A stretch of 64,000 bases of DNA from Amoebophrya sp. A120 (Eukaryota; Protista; Dinoflagellata). The DNA lies in the NCBI GenBank assembly GCA_905178155.1, contig CAJINV010000001.1, positions 16,368,142-16,432,141 of the forward strand, written 5' to 3'. The notes below the pieces were generated by a model. It had not been told where the DNA came from. It searched no databases and was given only the letters and a program-made list of their open reading frames with translations. This document shows positions 13,328 to 26,700 of this stretch, piece by piece (the first letter of the stretch is position 1; every line of letters starts with the position of its first letter). Both the position numbers and the translations under genes were made by a program.

Positions 13328-13875
13328 GGGGAAAGAAGCCGCAACCCGGGCCCTCGTCGCTGCTTGCAGTGAAAGTTCAAGCCCTGCCAACAGGTCTCCT
13401 GTATTATAACCACAAACACTTTTTGCACTGAGATAGTGAATGCACTCTTTCGAAAAGATAAAAGAAAATGCTTGGTGCGAAAACCGAGATCGATCCTGGA
13501 AAAGGCAAGAACATTCCAAATGCATACACTCTTCGATTGAAGAAGAAAACGAAGCTGAGCACCTTAGGAGCCGATCCTTGTTGCAGAAATACGTACCTAC
13601 GTGCCACATCATCTCTTCGAGTATTCAATTTACGTGTTCGGATGCTTTCTAGATCTTCCTTCCCTCCTGTGACAGTCTGATACTCCGTCTCTGGAAATAT
13701 TACAAGTCGTGACCTTTAATTTACTTACTAGATAAAGCGGTAGAACGACTTCAGACTCCAATTATATGGCTGCAGGTCGTCTGTTTGCGGCTAGTACCCA
13801 AAACGAAACTACAGAACTTCTAGCGTAGTAGACACCGACCGCTCATCCTGCTGCACCAGGATACTTACTAGCACC

Positions 13876-16776
13876 ATGTGGCTTGCGCGTGTGATTGAGA
13901 AAAACAGCCACCCTCGCGACGACAAGAAGGGCGGGGGAAAAATCCGGTCGCGACGCCGGTTCGAGCATTGGCTGCGCGACGAGCGACCTGACAGACAGGA
14001 CCTGATAGCGCGGGGGTACTTGACCGAGACCAAAGCTTCTGAGGTGCTGGTGGAGGCATCACATGCCGCGACCCCGCAAACTATCTCTTTACCGGCGAAC
14101 GACTTTGACAGGAAGCGTGCCGACCTCGATGTGTTTTTTCGACAGCTCCAGGCACGGAAGGCAACCGAGCTGCCGCGGTTGGTCGATGCGGTTGGGGAAG
14201 GTTCGTCGTCTTCTACCGCGACAACGGCGGCGAGCGACCTCGACGTGGTTACCTCTCCGCAAAACGACATGAGATCGGCCGGTGACGATGCTCTTGATGA
14301 TGAGACTGAGAATCCAGAGAAAATACTTCGGCGACTGCAGCGCGATTTCCGAACCGAACAGGGGTCGGTCGACGAGATTTTGCGTGTAACGGACGACGAC
14401 ACGCGGGCCTCCTTCTTGCGGGACGCACTGGAGCGGGACTATGGAGCGGAAGCAGTGCAAGGAGCGACATCACCGTCACCGAGCGACAACTACTGGAGCC
14501 GCATGATTCGTGCTACGGAACAGGACGCGGAAGATGCGATAGCGGCAGCAGACAGCGCGCGGCAAGAGCTCGCAACGGTGATTCGAACCGAGCTAGCACT
14601 CGACGCAGATTATGTTGACGCAGGAAATGCACAATTACCTCAAGCAACAGCTACATCTGGTGCATCAAATTCTTCGCGTCTGGAAGACTTTCGCACCGTG
14701 GTCCAGAAACTTGCCACTACCGAGGTAGAGCTAGACCAGCTCTATCCGAAGGCCGAAATAGGCAAGTTGGACCAAGAGACGCGACGCAAGCAGTACTTGC
14801 AGCAGGTGCAGCAAATTCTGCACACGACTGAGCGGCTGAAAGAAATGATTTTTGAGGAGCAAAGTGGGAGCCTCGCGTTGCTGCCAGTCGTAAAAACCCT
14901 GCCGACACTGCGCGTTTTCGGCCCCCACCACCTGCCGCTGCCGAAACACGCCCAGCAGTGTTTGAAGCACCGTATCCGCTTTTTATTCGTTCCGCTGAAG
15001 GAGACACTCGTGAGCGAGGTAGCCAGCACCGTGAAAAAGTACCACCGCATTTGGCCTGTGCCCTTGTCAACGAGCGAGGCGGGGGCAGCAACACGGGACT
15101 CGACGGACAGCGCGGCAGCAACAAAGACGGGTCTCCGAGATCTGGAAGAGGGCGCCAAGATGTGGAAGGCCTTGTGGACGAGCTTCACTGTGCAGCGGAG
15201 TTTCATTGCCACCATGACGTCGGCGAACGAGGAGCCAGACAAGAGCAATGAACACCAGCTGTGCCAAATCTTGGTGGAACCGCTGGCGAAAATTTTCCAC
15301 TATCACTTTCTCCGACCAGCCTCTGAGCTGGCGCGTTTAGACCAGCCAGACTGGGTGTTCCGCTACTTCCTGGAGCAGCTGAACAGCACGCTGCGCGCGC
15401 TTCTCAGTTGGAGAGACCATGCGCGTGTAAGTACAAAAAGCCACACAAATTCGAAGCAGCACGCCCCCGAAGTTGACGTACACACGTTGCGCCAACACAG
15501 TGCGGAGAGTGGTGGTGCCGCTACTGGTACCGATCAAGAAGTAGACCGACTGCTGCTCCAAGGCGTCACCTTTGAACTAACGATGGCGACGCTAGGCAGT
15601 TTCTTGCGGTCGAACTACCCCGTTTTCTTGGAAGACGCGGCCCTTTTCACAAACTTGATCAAGGAACTGAATCTGTTTCTCCCAAAACTGCAAGAGCAAG
15701 TGACGTCACTGTTGAGCACAACTACAGACGCGGGTGGGGCAATATCGACGTCATCTCCCGGCGCGGGGAGCGGGAGCGCTGCCCGGTTTGCGGGCAACTT
15801 GATCCGGGAAGCCGTGGTCCGCGATTTTTTGGAAGACCTCAATGTGGTGCTGCCGTCCGGTGTAGAATCGCGCAAGCTCCTTAGCCACTGGATCTCTACC
15901 GATCGATCGTTTTTGCTGGAGAAGTTTTCGACTGCTGCGGTAGAAATTCTCGACACCACAATGCGTGCGCCGACCCCAGCTGTGGAGGATCTCGACCAGA
16001 CTCTCGCCGCCGGACCAACCTCACATGGCAAGAAAATTTTGCAGCCACTGCTGTCACACGCAAGCACATTGGAGTCCTCCGTTCCTGGGAGCGAGGACTT
16101 GGAGCAGCAGCTACAGGAGTTGCGGGACTTCTTGCGCGACCTGCTCCGCGTCGCCGCTGGTCGGTTTACCCCCATATTGGGCCAGACAGGTGGCAATAAA
16201 CGGGCCCGCGCGCGCTACGTGGAGGAGTGCTTGGACGACGCGGTGCAGAAGGGCGTGTTGCGGTTTTTGAAAGAAACGTGGAACGACAAGGTGCTTATCG
16301 ACTACTCCGCCACCGACCTGCCGATCCTTATGCACCAGCAGGACAGCAGCGCCTCCATGGACTATGCCACCGCGGCTGCGCTCATGCGCGTTGCACTGCT
16401 GTTTCTTCACTGCCTGCGACAAGATCCGACCTTCGCGAACCTCGACTGCGTGCGCGCGCTCGATGAGCTGAAAAACCTGATGATCGACCACGTGACTGAT
16501 TTCTTTTTCCGCCTCCAGCTAGTGCCGGTACTACAGCGCATCGTTGGGGAAAACGCCAACAGCCGCGGGCACGAGGCGAGGCAAGACGTAAATTTGGTTA
16601 CACAATCCGCGGTCGAGTTTCAGCTTCGCGATTTTCTGCGCTACTTCGTGTGGATGCCGGAGAGTGAGTTTCGCCTCTTCTTGCAGATTGGCTGGCAAAC
16701 ATTCGAGGAGCATTGTGCGAGTATTTTGGATCAGGATATCGTGCATGCGCTCAAGACGAGGTGGTCGATGCGGTGA
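13876..16776 (+). CDS. RINT-1/Tip20-like tethering protein with an N-terminal RPEL-like motif
   Basis: 966-aa ORF. PLAKIFHYHFLRPASELARLDQPDWVFRYF matches the RINT1/Tip20 F.YHF...LD.P.W signature. RPDRQDLIARGYL is RPEL-like. Confidence 0.65.
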   Translation: MWLARVIEKNSHPRDDKKGGGKIRSRRRFEHWLRDERPDRQDLIARGYLTETKASEVLVEASHAATPQTISLPANDFDRKRADLDVFFRQLQARKATELPRLVDAVGEGSSSSTATTAASDLDVVTSPQNDMRSAGDDALDDETENPEKILRRLQRDFRTEQGSVDEILRVTDDDTRASFLRDALERDYGAEAVQGATSPSPSDNYWSRMIRATEQDAEDAIAAADSARQELATVIRTELALDADYVDAGNAQLPQATATSGASNSSRLEDFRTVVQKLATTEVELDQLYPKAEIGKLDQETRRKQYLQQVQQILHTTERLKEMIFEEQSGSLALLPVVKTLPTLRVFGPHHLPLPKHAQQCLKHRIRFLFVPLKETLVSEVASTVKKYHRIWPVPLSTSEAGAATRDSTDSAAATKTGLRDLEEGAKMWKALWTSFTVQRSFIATMTSANEEPDKSNEHQLCQILVEPLAKIFHYHFLRPASELARLDQPDWVFRYFLEQLNSTLRALLSWRDHARVSTKSHTNSKQHAPEVDVHTLRQHSAESGGAATGTDQEVDRLLLQGVTFELTMATLGSFLRSNYPVFLEDAALFTNLIKELNLFLPKLQEQVTSLLSTTTDAGGAISTSSPGAGSGSAARFAGNLIREAVVRDFLEDLNVVLPSGVESRKLLSHWISTDRSFLLEKFSTAAVEILDTTMRAPTPAVEDLDQTLAAGPTSHGKKILQPLLSHASTLESSVPGSEDLEQQLQELRDFLRDLLRVAAGRFTPILGQTGGNKRARARYVEECLDDAVQKGVLRFLKETWNDKVLIDYSATDLPILMHQQDSSASMDYATAAALMRVALLFLHCLRQDPTFANLDCVRALDELKNLMIDHVTDFFFRLQLVPVLQRIVGENANSRGHEARQDVNLVTQSAVEFQLRDFLRYFVWMPESEFRLFLQIGWQTFEEHCASILDQDIVHALKTRWSMR

Positions 16777-18148
16777 AAGCTTTACTCCACTTGTTTCGAA
16801 GAAACGAATAGACTCACTACAACAAGCGACTTGAATTTAGTATGTGTGGTACTTCTGTTCCTCATACGCCCTGTGCACCTGCGCAGCCAGGGCTGCGCCC
16901 TCTGCTTGGGTACACAAAACTATCATAACGAACACAACATTTCTAACTCAGTAACAGTGCTGAACCAGGCACGCGCTTTCATGCTCTGCCTGATGGGTTT
17001 TTTGATGCATTCTTGTTCTGCAACGTGCGTCGTCCTGAAGATGTGAATATAGACCCGCGCTCTCCACATCGTGCAAAATCGTCTAGGTATTGTTCAGATC
17101 AGCTAGGGACTCGACTCGTTCACAGTCGTCCTGCTCGACTTCGCAGCATCGCCATCGTTCTTCTAAACAAAGGGGCTAAATAGAGGGATGGCGCTAGAGA
17201 GATAGCGTGACACCGTCCGTAACTCGTTCGCAGAGTAGAGAATGCATTTTACCGTTGTGCCGACAATGAAGTAGTCCTTCTTATTCTTTCGCAGACTCGT
17301 ATAACTCGTTCGGGCTCTCATTACTTCAGTGATCGTGCATGCAGGGCGTGATGACGATGTAAACATCCCCAATCTTGTCTGCGGATTGGCAGATGCCTCA
17401 GAGGCAGAGGGCAAGGACTTTCGGTATCACATATTCGTCAATGAATCATCGCAGCAGTTCCGTTTTACAACGTCTCGAATACAACCCCTTCTCACAACTT
17501 TCGCTTAGAGTGGGTGTCCCCCAGAAAAAGCAAAACCTAGAACCGCACAACTTTCTTGTCAACGCATAAGAAAAGTTCGCGAGCCCAACTACTTTTGATT
17601 CTTCATTCCATTTATTTCGAGTTTTTAGAAGGGCCCGTACCCCGCGATCCCTTTCCTAAAAACTTCAACCACTCACTTTCGTTCCGACAAAAAAAAAACA
17701 TTTTTTCGCAAGCGCAAATTTCGTAGTGCTTTTTTTACCAACGTAGAAAGGAAATAACCCATTCCTGATTTGTAAGTACTCACCTTCAACGACCACATAA
17801 GTACAATCACGCTAAAAAGAAACTAAAACAGCTCAACAAAACGCGCTTTATCAAACAAGTTTTCAGAGACTTTTGACGTTCGTTCATCGTACGGTAGTAC
17901 AACGCGACGAAAAACGCGCTATCCTTCTCGTCGTTTCTGCTCTCCCACAAGCGTAAAAGACCAGAAGACCGAATTGCTCGGTGCTGGCACGGGAAGTGGA
18001 ACAGGACCTCCGTTTGCTAATCTGCTGGCGGCCAGGGATTGAGCCGTCAACCGATTGCAACCATCCCGCCACCAAAAGATCGTGACGTTCGCCACAAAGA
18101 GAACTACGTGGCGCACGGTGAAAAGAAAAACTGCCTGAAGAGAGTGAT

Positions 18149-20090
18149 CATGTCGATGATGCACTCGCAGCCTATCCCGGAGGGGGTGAGCAGCTTCGCC
18201 GCGGAAGTATGGCAGGCACTGGGTGACGCGGAAAAGACGAAGCGACTCATAATCAAGTACCAGGTGGAAGTCAGGCTTTACTTGGCAGTGCTCTTGGCTA
18301 TGTACTTGGCCTACCATTTGCTCTCCGATGGCGACTTCTCCTTTCTGCTTACGCTCGGCAGCATGGTAACGAACTTTTTTTGTAAATTGTAGGAAATGCA
18401 AATTTATTGCGGGCGGGCCAAGCTCTGTAAAGATCTGCATCCGGCGCTGTTGTTAACATTCCCTGGTTGTGCGAAAAACGTCTACCGGTAGGATAATGAT
18501 GATTGAATGGACGATTTCTTTCATTCTTTCCATGCCCGGGCATGGCGTCAAAAAATTCAAGGCCCTACAAGATCCAGCGCAATCTGATTTCCTCCTCACC
18601 AATGATCATTTCTCTTTGCATCATTTCTCCTCACCAATGGACGATTGCATCTGCATGATCGATGATTTATGCATCAGAATCTTCAGCTGGGTGCATGCTC
18701 CGAATCTGAAATAAAGACAAAGCAAAAACTCGAACAGATCTCCATGTGCTCCTTTTCCATGGTCGCTGCGTGGATTGAGACGCACAAGAGCTGCCAGGGT
18801 ATCAGTGTGAAAATGTTGGAAGTCTACCTCCTCGTGCAATTCGGCCGGCTCGTCGCTATTGTCCCCTTCGAGGGCTACCTGCCTTTCGACGCCAGTGGAG
18901 ATTGGTTGTAAGATTCCTTTTGACTACTTTCGCTGGTTTTTCTTATTCCTGTTTACTCGTGAACGACGAACATCAGAAATCAATTTGCAATTTTTACCAT
19001 GGGTGTATATTTCATATGGGTGAATATTTCCTATGTGATGTTCGCAAAATACCTAAAACAGCTATCAACTTGTGGAGGCCTTGACATTTGTACTCGCTGG
19101 GACCATAGTATACCTCTGCCGGGTGCGGTATCCGACGACCTACATAGACGAGCACGATGTTTTCGACACCAGGTATAGGCTATCTAGTGTGGTACAGAAA
19201 GCAGATTTTCTATATGAAGATGAAATTCAAATTTTCATTTTTCAAAGCCACGGACACAGCACAAAAGTATCGAACCCAACAACCTGCATCTATCGAGTGC
19301 ACCATGCAGCGAGCTACCAACGCATGATCCCCGAAAAAATGATCAAAAAAAACTAGGTACATCGTTTTCCCCTGCTTCGCGGTTGCGCTCGTATGGCACC
19401 CAAGTCTCAACGCCTTCATGCCCTCCGACATCATGTGGGCTTACGCGCTTTACCTGGAGGCCCTCGCTTCGTTGCCACAACTTTTCATGTTCCAGCGGGA
19501 AGGGCAGGTATCACTTTTGCGATTTTATATCTTTCCGTCAATGCAGTGCAGCAAGTCTGTTTTCGAAAGAGCGCAGATGCTGCTTTGCAATACTTGCAGG
19601 CTCTCAGTCCGTATGCACCAAAATGCGTAAATGTAAAAAGGGTTGCACTCATGAAAATAAACAGGTACACCAATGGACCGCGCACTTTCTTTTCGCGCAA
19701 GCGTGCGCGAAGGTGGCAAACTTCATTTTCTGGGTAAGTAGTTTCGGCGAGCTCCACGATCCGACTCACTACATCCGCAGCTACATAGGATACTGGGTGC
19801 TCGCCGTGCAAGGCTTCCAGCTTCTCATCATGGGCGACTTCGTTTTGCAGTACTAAAATATTCCACTTACTTGTGTTTTTGACTTCAATTGTTCTTGCGT
19901 TCCCTCTTTGGATGATTCAAATTGCTGCATACTTGGCCACACTGACGCCGACGTCCTACTTGTTCGGAAATCTTCATAGAAGATTTGCAAATAATGCTGA
20001 TTAATTTTCACCCAAAACTTCGCATCCAGGTACACAAAGTGCATCGGGAAGGGGGTTTCCGTCAGCATGCTGCTCAGCGACTCGGTGTAA
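18149..20090 (+). CDS. ERD2: ER lumen protein-retaining (KDEL) receptor-like, 6 exons
   Basis: Introns 18366-18737, 18908-19061, 19173-19356, 19508-19664 and 19850-20029, all GT-AG and in phase. Motifs GISVKMLEVY, YLPFDASGD, WAYALYLEALASLPQL and QLLIMGDF. The start is approximate. Confidence 0.9.
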
Positions 20091-21854
20091 AAATCGAAGG
20101 AACGGCGCCATCAGTAATCCCAACGCCATTCGATTCCTTCAATTCAACCACCAGAGTAGTTCATGATCGCTTTCGCCTACCCAGAAGTTTTTGCTTCCAT
20201 CTTCCCAGACCCAAACCAAAACCACCAGCGGTTCACCGCCGATCAGAAGTCCGTAGTACGACGCTACCATGCCCTGGTAGTCCCCCACCAGAGTTCATTT
20301 TTACCCGCTGACGCACCATCTTCTCTAGAACAAACCGAACCAAGTTTGGACCAGCACGCGCCGCCGCACCGAAGCCAACCCTTTGTACGATGGATGCACG
20401 AAGCCATTTTTCGCAGATCCCTGTCGCTCCAAGCTCGCAAATCAGATATCCGAGACGCTTTTGCAAAAGCGCTATTGCTCGTGAGACGGACGCGGGAGGC
20501 AACAACGTCTCTGATTTTAGTAGCAGTCGAGTGCGCGTCTACTTCCGAAAAAATGTACACCCGTTTCGCGTTTCGTTTCCAGGTTTCAAATTGGTACGCA
20601 CTTTTCTGTTTTGAGCTCAAGCAGTTGAAATATGACGATAAGTGAAACTAGTGGCCGCACCGGTGCCTTGCTTGCGAATACTATAATGCGACAACGCAGC
20701 CGTAGCTGGGAGATATGCAGAGATTTTCTCGAGAATCATGTACACTATCACAAATTGTATAGCAATTTTTGTTAGAGTTGTGCATAGGGAAGGCGTTTTT
20801 CGAAAAAGCTTTGAATCTTGTTTGATCAGTTCTTGAAGATTGTTTAAGTCTTATTTCTGTTCACGCCTGAAGTAAATCAAAAAAAAATATCTCGTCTCAC
20901 TTGTTCTTTCTTACTCTTACAAATGTTACCAGTGTCAGATTGCAACGTTTCTACAAAGCTTTGGTTGTGCACTTGATGTCAACAGCATAAAGTGTGACAA
21001 CTAAGCACTCAAACGAAGTAAGTACGCACTATTTCTGCAAAAGAACGGCGCCATCAGCGTTCGCTCGATTCAACTTCCAGCACTAGAAATGCATGTTTGT
21101 CTGTCGATGCACGCCAACAAAATTGGAACAAATTAAATCGCTGCATGTATTAACCAGTAATTTTGTTGTCGACAGTCAGGCACGGAGTCAAAAATTAGTT
21201 GTTTCAGTACCACTTCTGTAGTTCATCTTGCCGCTTTCGAAGAATTCAAAATTAAGACAATATGTATCTTGCTACAAAAATTCGACCACATTGAAAAAAG
21301 CGTCCTTCTATTGGAGTTGAGGCGCACAAGATATTTGATCCTGTAGAAATTTAGTATTTATCCGAATTGTACATTTGTATGGTAAGAGAAGGAGCATGCG
21401 CGCCAGAGACATCACGCTGAACATCAAACTACTAACAATTCTTGTATACCAGCCACAGCAGCAAATTAAAACTTTGAATTTCGCCCACCGATAAGCAAAA
21501 CCGGATGAAGCTGGAGGATGAAGAGCTTGTTCTCTGCGCGACCTTCCATCACGTTTGTTTCGTGCATTTCATGGGCTTCTGGAGCAAGTTTTGAGTTTTA
21601 TTGGATGCGTGAATATGGTTGGCTTGTGAAACTGAACGGAGAGTCGTTTGGGGAGAGATTGGCAGCACCACTTTTGGGTCGTCTTTGTCGTGATCGTGAC
21701 AAATCTCGAATATGAAACGGCAAACTCGTCGCAGTACCAACCGCATCAACGCAGTCAGATTGTCTACTCGTGCGCTCTCTATCCAAAACCGTTTCATTTT
21801 TGCGCAGCGTTTTTTCTTAGGGGAAAGATCTAGTAGACAGAAAAAAGTAAAACA

Positions 21855-23038
21855 ATGGGGGACGAAGTAGAGCTTCCCTCCGCCTACTCGCTCACTCCGG
21901 CGAACGGCGACCCAGAACTTCCGCACTCATGGGGATTCACCGGCTCGGCGACAGCAAAATACACAAACGGCGACGTCTTTGTCGGTGACTATGTTGACGG
22001 GAAAAAGCAGGGGAAGGTACATTTTGAGACGAGACGCTGTGTGTCGCTATAACTACTTCACAGTTGATACACGCGGCTCGCTATTGCTTCGTATCAATCA
22101 ATGCGAAAAACGCTTTTCAGGGTACCTACACACACGTAAATGGCGATGTCTTCGTTGGCGAGTACACAGACGACAAACGAACAGGGGTGGGCATGATGAC
22201 ATACGCAAGCGGTAAGTATGACAGGACTCTGTTTTTTGTTGACGTTGCAGAACGGCGGATAAAATGAATGAAAAACTGTTCGGAGTTTCTGCCGTGCAGC
22301 ATCAAAACAGAAACTCAAGCAGCGGGATTTGGACTTTCTTCCGCTTCTTATTACATCAGGTGGGTGCTACAACGGCAACTTCGAGAACGGCGTAAGGAGC
22401 GGCGAGGGGACGTTCGTGTACCCAACAAAAGACATCTACTCCGGTCTTTGGAAAGCAGGCAAGAAATCGGGCGAGGGCTTCTACGTGTTTGCAAATTCCA
22501 AGTACTACTACCAGGGCACATGGAAAAACGGCGAGATCGTCACAGGTACTATCCGAAACGATTCAGCATGCCATGAATTTGGAATTGCATGCAGACCACC
22601 AAAAAAAGCCTTGTCCTCGTGTAGAAAAAATGTGAAGTTTGAACTCCAGACGAAACAACTTTGAATGGATTCAAGTGAGTGCACAAAAGAAACGCTTCAA
22701 ACATCCACAACAGGGAAGTGGGTTCTGTCCCCAAGTCGGTATTTCGAAGGCAGCTTCACCAGACAAAAGCCTTCCGGCGACGGGAAATTCGTGTGCAGTG
22801 GCTACGAGGTACTCGATTTGAGAGTTGTTCGAATTTTCACTGCGTTTTTCTGCAACTTGTGTAGGACAAGCACATGACTTCGTCGTTGAAAACTTCATCT
22901 TTGATGTTTTCACAGGTGCATGGTTGCTATTCGCAAGAAGTCAAGCCGCTGGATAGCGGCGTGGGCGAGGCCGGAAAGCCCCCGATGGAGGTCGCGAATA
23001 CCTGGGAAACCTACGCAATGACCGCGATCGAAGCGTAG
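21855..23038 (+). CDS. MORN-repeat protein (radial spoke head RSPH1-like), 5 exons
   Basis: Repeated Y.NGD.F.G.Y..GK..G.G units; introns 22017-22120, 22212-22359, 22546-22713 and 22809-22915. Confidence 0.88.
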
Positions 23039-23793
23039 GTCGAACCAAGTGAGAAGACGGAATCAACAATCACCTTAGATAGAAGAAGAACCTTATTGAC
23101 TCAAATCTAAATCAAATCCAACAAACGAAAGCAGAAGCACTTGAGATTAGAAACTTGTCGAATTACCTCTTGTTTAGCACGAGAAGCAGGAGGAAAGTGA
23201 AAGCAGAAACATCGCGAACAGTTCCGCTATTGTACAAAAGAGCGAATGGAAGAAAATAGAACTGTCTTCTTGTATCAGAAAAAAAGCTCCTACTTCGTAG
23301 CTAAAAACTTCCCAGCCATATCTGTTGCGGTATGCTCACGTTTCGGGTGTTCTTCCAAATTCTTGTGAATCATTGACCGGAACTCCACCGTGGTTGGGAA
23401 ACAGTTCTCTGTTTTCGCCTGTAAGATGATGTCTGATCAAGAGATCATGATCCTCTTTGCAGTAGTTGCTCGATCTCTGTGGCCCAGGATACTCCGATCG
23501 GCTTTCTGTGGATTTTGTTGACACTGATGTCACATCCTGGATTTTCAGTCGTAGAAAGGTGAGTTCCTTGATTTGATCGTCGGAACTCCATGTGGTTGGC
23601 TCTACTAGAACATTTTGGTCTGTATCACCTTGATCTCATCTATTCCATGTAGTAGCAAAAACACATCTATTCCTCCCCAATTTTTATTCAAGTAGAATTT
23701 CTGTGAAAACTTATTCCTGGCACGATCATATGATCGACCATTCCTCTCCTCCACAAACTCGAAAATAAAATTGTCGAAAGAAAAAAACAAACA

Positions 23794-26700
23794 ATGGCGA
23801 AAGCAAAACAAAAGAAGAAAGTGGTGTCGCGCTCCGCATCCACCGCGGCACCGCAGGCGACGTCGGGAAACAGTTTGCTTCTGGAACGCAACGAGACAGG
23901 GATGCAAAATTCCCGGATGTGCTGCCGTGAGGCATGCACGTTCCAAATGGGCAAGCTATTCACCGATGTTCATTTCTTGCACATGCCGATTCCTGCCGTG
24001 CGCTCCATGCTTCAGATCCTCGGGCAGTTTGACAATGGCGAAATGCTGAAAAAACTTTTATCGTCCCTGCAGCCAGCAGAAGCGATTGCACTGATAGGTT
24101 TGGAATTTTTGGAAGAGTTTTTCAAGGCCGCTTTCTGTACCGGACATTATCCGAAAGAATCTTTAGCCGCCCTATTCGCAGCAGCGCCCAAGCAATCTCG
24201 TGAGATAGCTTGCAAAGAGGGAGTGTTGCTTTGTGCCGTCCACCACCGGCGTCAAGATCTGGTAATTCTCTTGACCCGCAACAAGATGTTCTGCCCGGGT
24301 TGCGCAGTCGACATTTCTGCAGACGCGAAGGAATGGAACGGCAAAACCGGAACGGTTCTCTCCTACAATCCAGAAAAAGATCGATTTCTAGTACAGGTGG
24401 AATCGGAGGCCGACGAAGATTTCCTCTACGTGAATGAAAGCGAACTGAGTTTCACAGATAACAAGGGTACCGAGCCGGTGTGTCTCATGGGTAAGCCTGG
24501 AACAGCGGATGCACAACATGTACGCATTGTTTCGCACGCAGGACGCGGCGCGTCACGGAGCGCCGACAAAGGAATCTGCGTCGTACGGCTGCGTGTAGCT
24601 TCCTTCAAGCCCGAGAAGCTCGATTACAATTATGCGCGGAGTGCATTTTTTTCAAGAGGCGCTGAAGTGTTTGTGAGCGGACCCGGAATACCATGCCATC
24701 TCTCAGGCACCAATTTGGAATACGACGCCGCTCGAGCGACAGCTGAATACTCTCCGGTAACCAAGCGCTGGACCCCACGCAACCCCTACAGCTTCGTCCG
24801 CAGAGGAGTCATCGAAAATTGCACCAATAGCTTTCACGGCATATCGCAAGTGCCTGGCGTGCGCTACATGGTACAAATCTTGCCCTGCGATGAGCCGGGG
24901 CATTCTAGCGCACAGCAAATACTCCAGGCCCCCGTTTGCGAGTCGTTCGTGGGGCATCAGCTCGCGCAAGTCCCCTCCACTGCCAGCAAGGTCCGTGTGA
25001 AAAACAGTGCCAATTCCGCCGACGGCTGGAGCGAGGCACTGGTCGGCAAAACAGGTCACCTCCGAACGTGCGGCACGGGTGCGCAGCTTACCGTGTATTT
25101 TCCCCCGCCGCAGCGCCAGTCCGGCAGGTCCAGCGCCGCCGATGAAAAACTGAAGGAAGCAGTTACTCACGTCTTCACGCTCGAACGCCTGGAGATTCCC
25201 GTGACGAAAAAATCAAAACTGCATGTAGACTGGGGCTATAGCAAATCTCAAGGTAACATCGCATCGGAAAAAACGGAGTACTGTCGAGCTTTATTGTCCT
25301 ACCTGCGCTTGCTCGTGAATCCAGAGACCAACTCCGGCTTCAAGGAAACCGACCGGCTTCTCAAGAAATATCTTTCTGAAACAGAAACAAGCGATGGCGT
25401 GGCCCGCTGTAGCGACGATGATCAGCGACGATTTACAGTAGCCGTGCTTCGCGTCCGGCTCAGACTTTGGTGGAATGGCAGGATGGACGGTTTGGTCGAA
25501 GAGACAACTGAATTGCTGGCCAAGGTCAAAGCCCTACGTAACCGCGCGGACAAACGAGCAGAAGGTGAGTTTTACGCGAACAGATGCTTCGTGTCACTCC
25601 TGTCAAACGTGGCCGGCGCGTACTTCGATGAACAGGCCCGACTTCCCGATTCCCCTCGAATTTTAGAACTGGAGAAGGAGGTTCGGGACGAATACGACAG
25701 ACTTAAAAGGCTGCTTCTACGACCAGGACATGACACCGAAGCGAACCTGCGACGTGTGGAGTATTTGGAGATGTATGTCCTGCGCAACTCACTATTTCGC
25801 GAGGGCAAAACTCGCCTTACAAAGCGGAACGACGCGTCGGACGAGACGGTGGACCTCCTGCAGCGTGTGCGCCTCATCTCGCACAGGTTCTTCAAGAAAC
25901 ACGGCACCAAAGACGAGACGGATCTTGCATCGCGTTTTCCAGCTCTTCCGGAGTTGGATGTTTGGGCACGTTGGTTCTTGATGAGAGCCTACCAGATGCG
26001 ACAAGAGGATGATAAAATTCCTCCGCTGATTAAAGAAATCGATGCAACGCGCAATAGGCACATGAAGCGAATTTGTGAGGCTTGGTATGGCGTGGAAGTC
26101 CAAAAGAAGCCCCTGAATCAAGTCGACAAGCACCTGCTGCAGCAGTACCCCCCGGGAAAGGATATCGATGACTCGATGCCCGAAACGCTTCGCGAATTGG
26201 TGGATGCATTACACTACGCTCAGGAAAGGACCAACGGCGCTATGAGCCCCGAAGATGATCTAGCTGCACATATTACACTATTGAAGAAGCACGATATCGG
26301 ACCAGCATCTGCTATAGGCGCTGCGAGGACTATTCTGACCACGATTGCAAACGCGGACCAAGGGCGATCTCAAGGTTGTGGTGCGACTGCGATTCCGGAA
26401 GACGCACGAAGTGAAGCACTTCGGCTCGTCCTTTACCCTCCGTCGCAGCTGCGGCTCCTTGCCACACACACTCACATGGACTTGCTGAGTAAAGAAAGTC
26501 GTTTTCTACACGATCGACTAGCTCTCTGTCCCAGCAAAGAAGATAGGGCAGAATACGCGGGCGGAGCGCTTCCTGGAGGCATCGATCAACACAAGAACTG
26601 CCATGTTCTTCTACGGAATTCGCAAAGGTGGAGCAGTAAGTGGGAACTCGGCCGCTCGGACAAAGGAACGCTGTCTGCAGATGTCCTTGCAGCTTTTGTC

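Noticed and set aside
18366-18737. Long ERD2 intron as a third IR introner
   Set aside because: Only short direct repeats (CTCCTCACCAATG twice) were found and no convincing terminal inverted repeat.
23378-23599. ~20-bp imperfect repeat CGGAACTCCA..GTGGTTGG
   Set aside because: Two short copies with no associated element structure.
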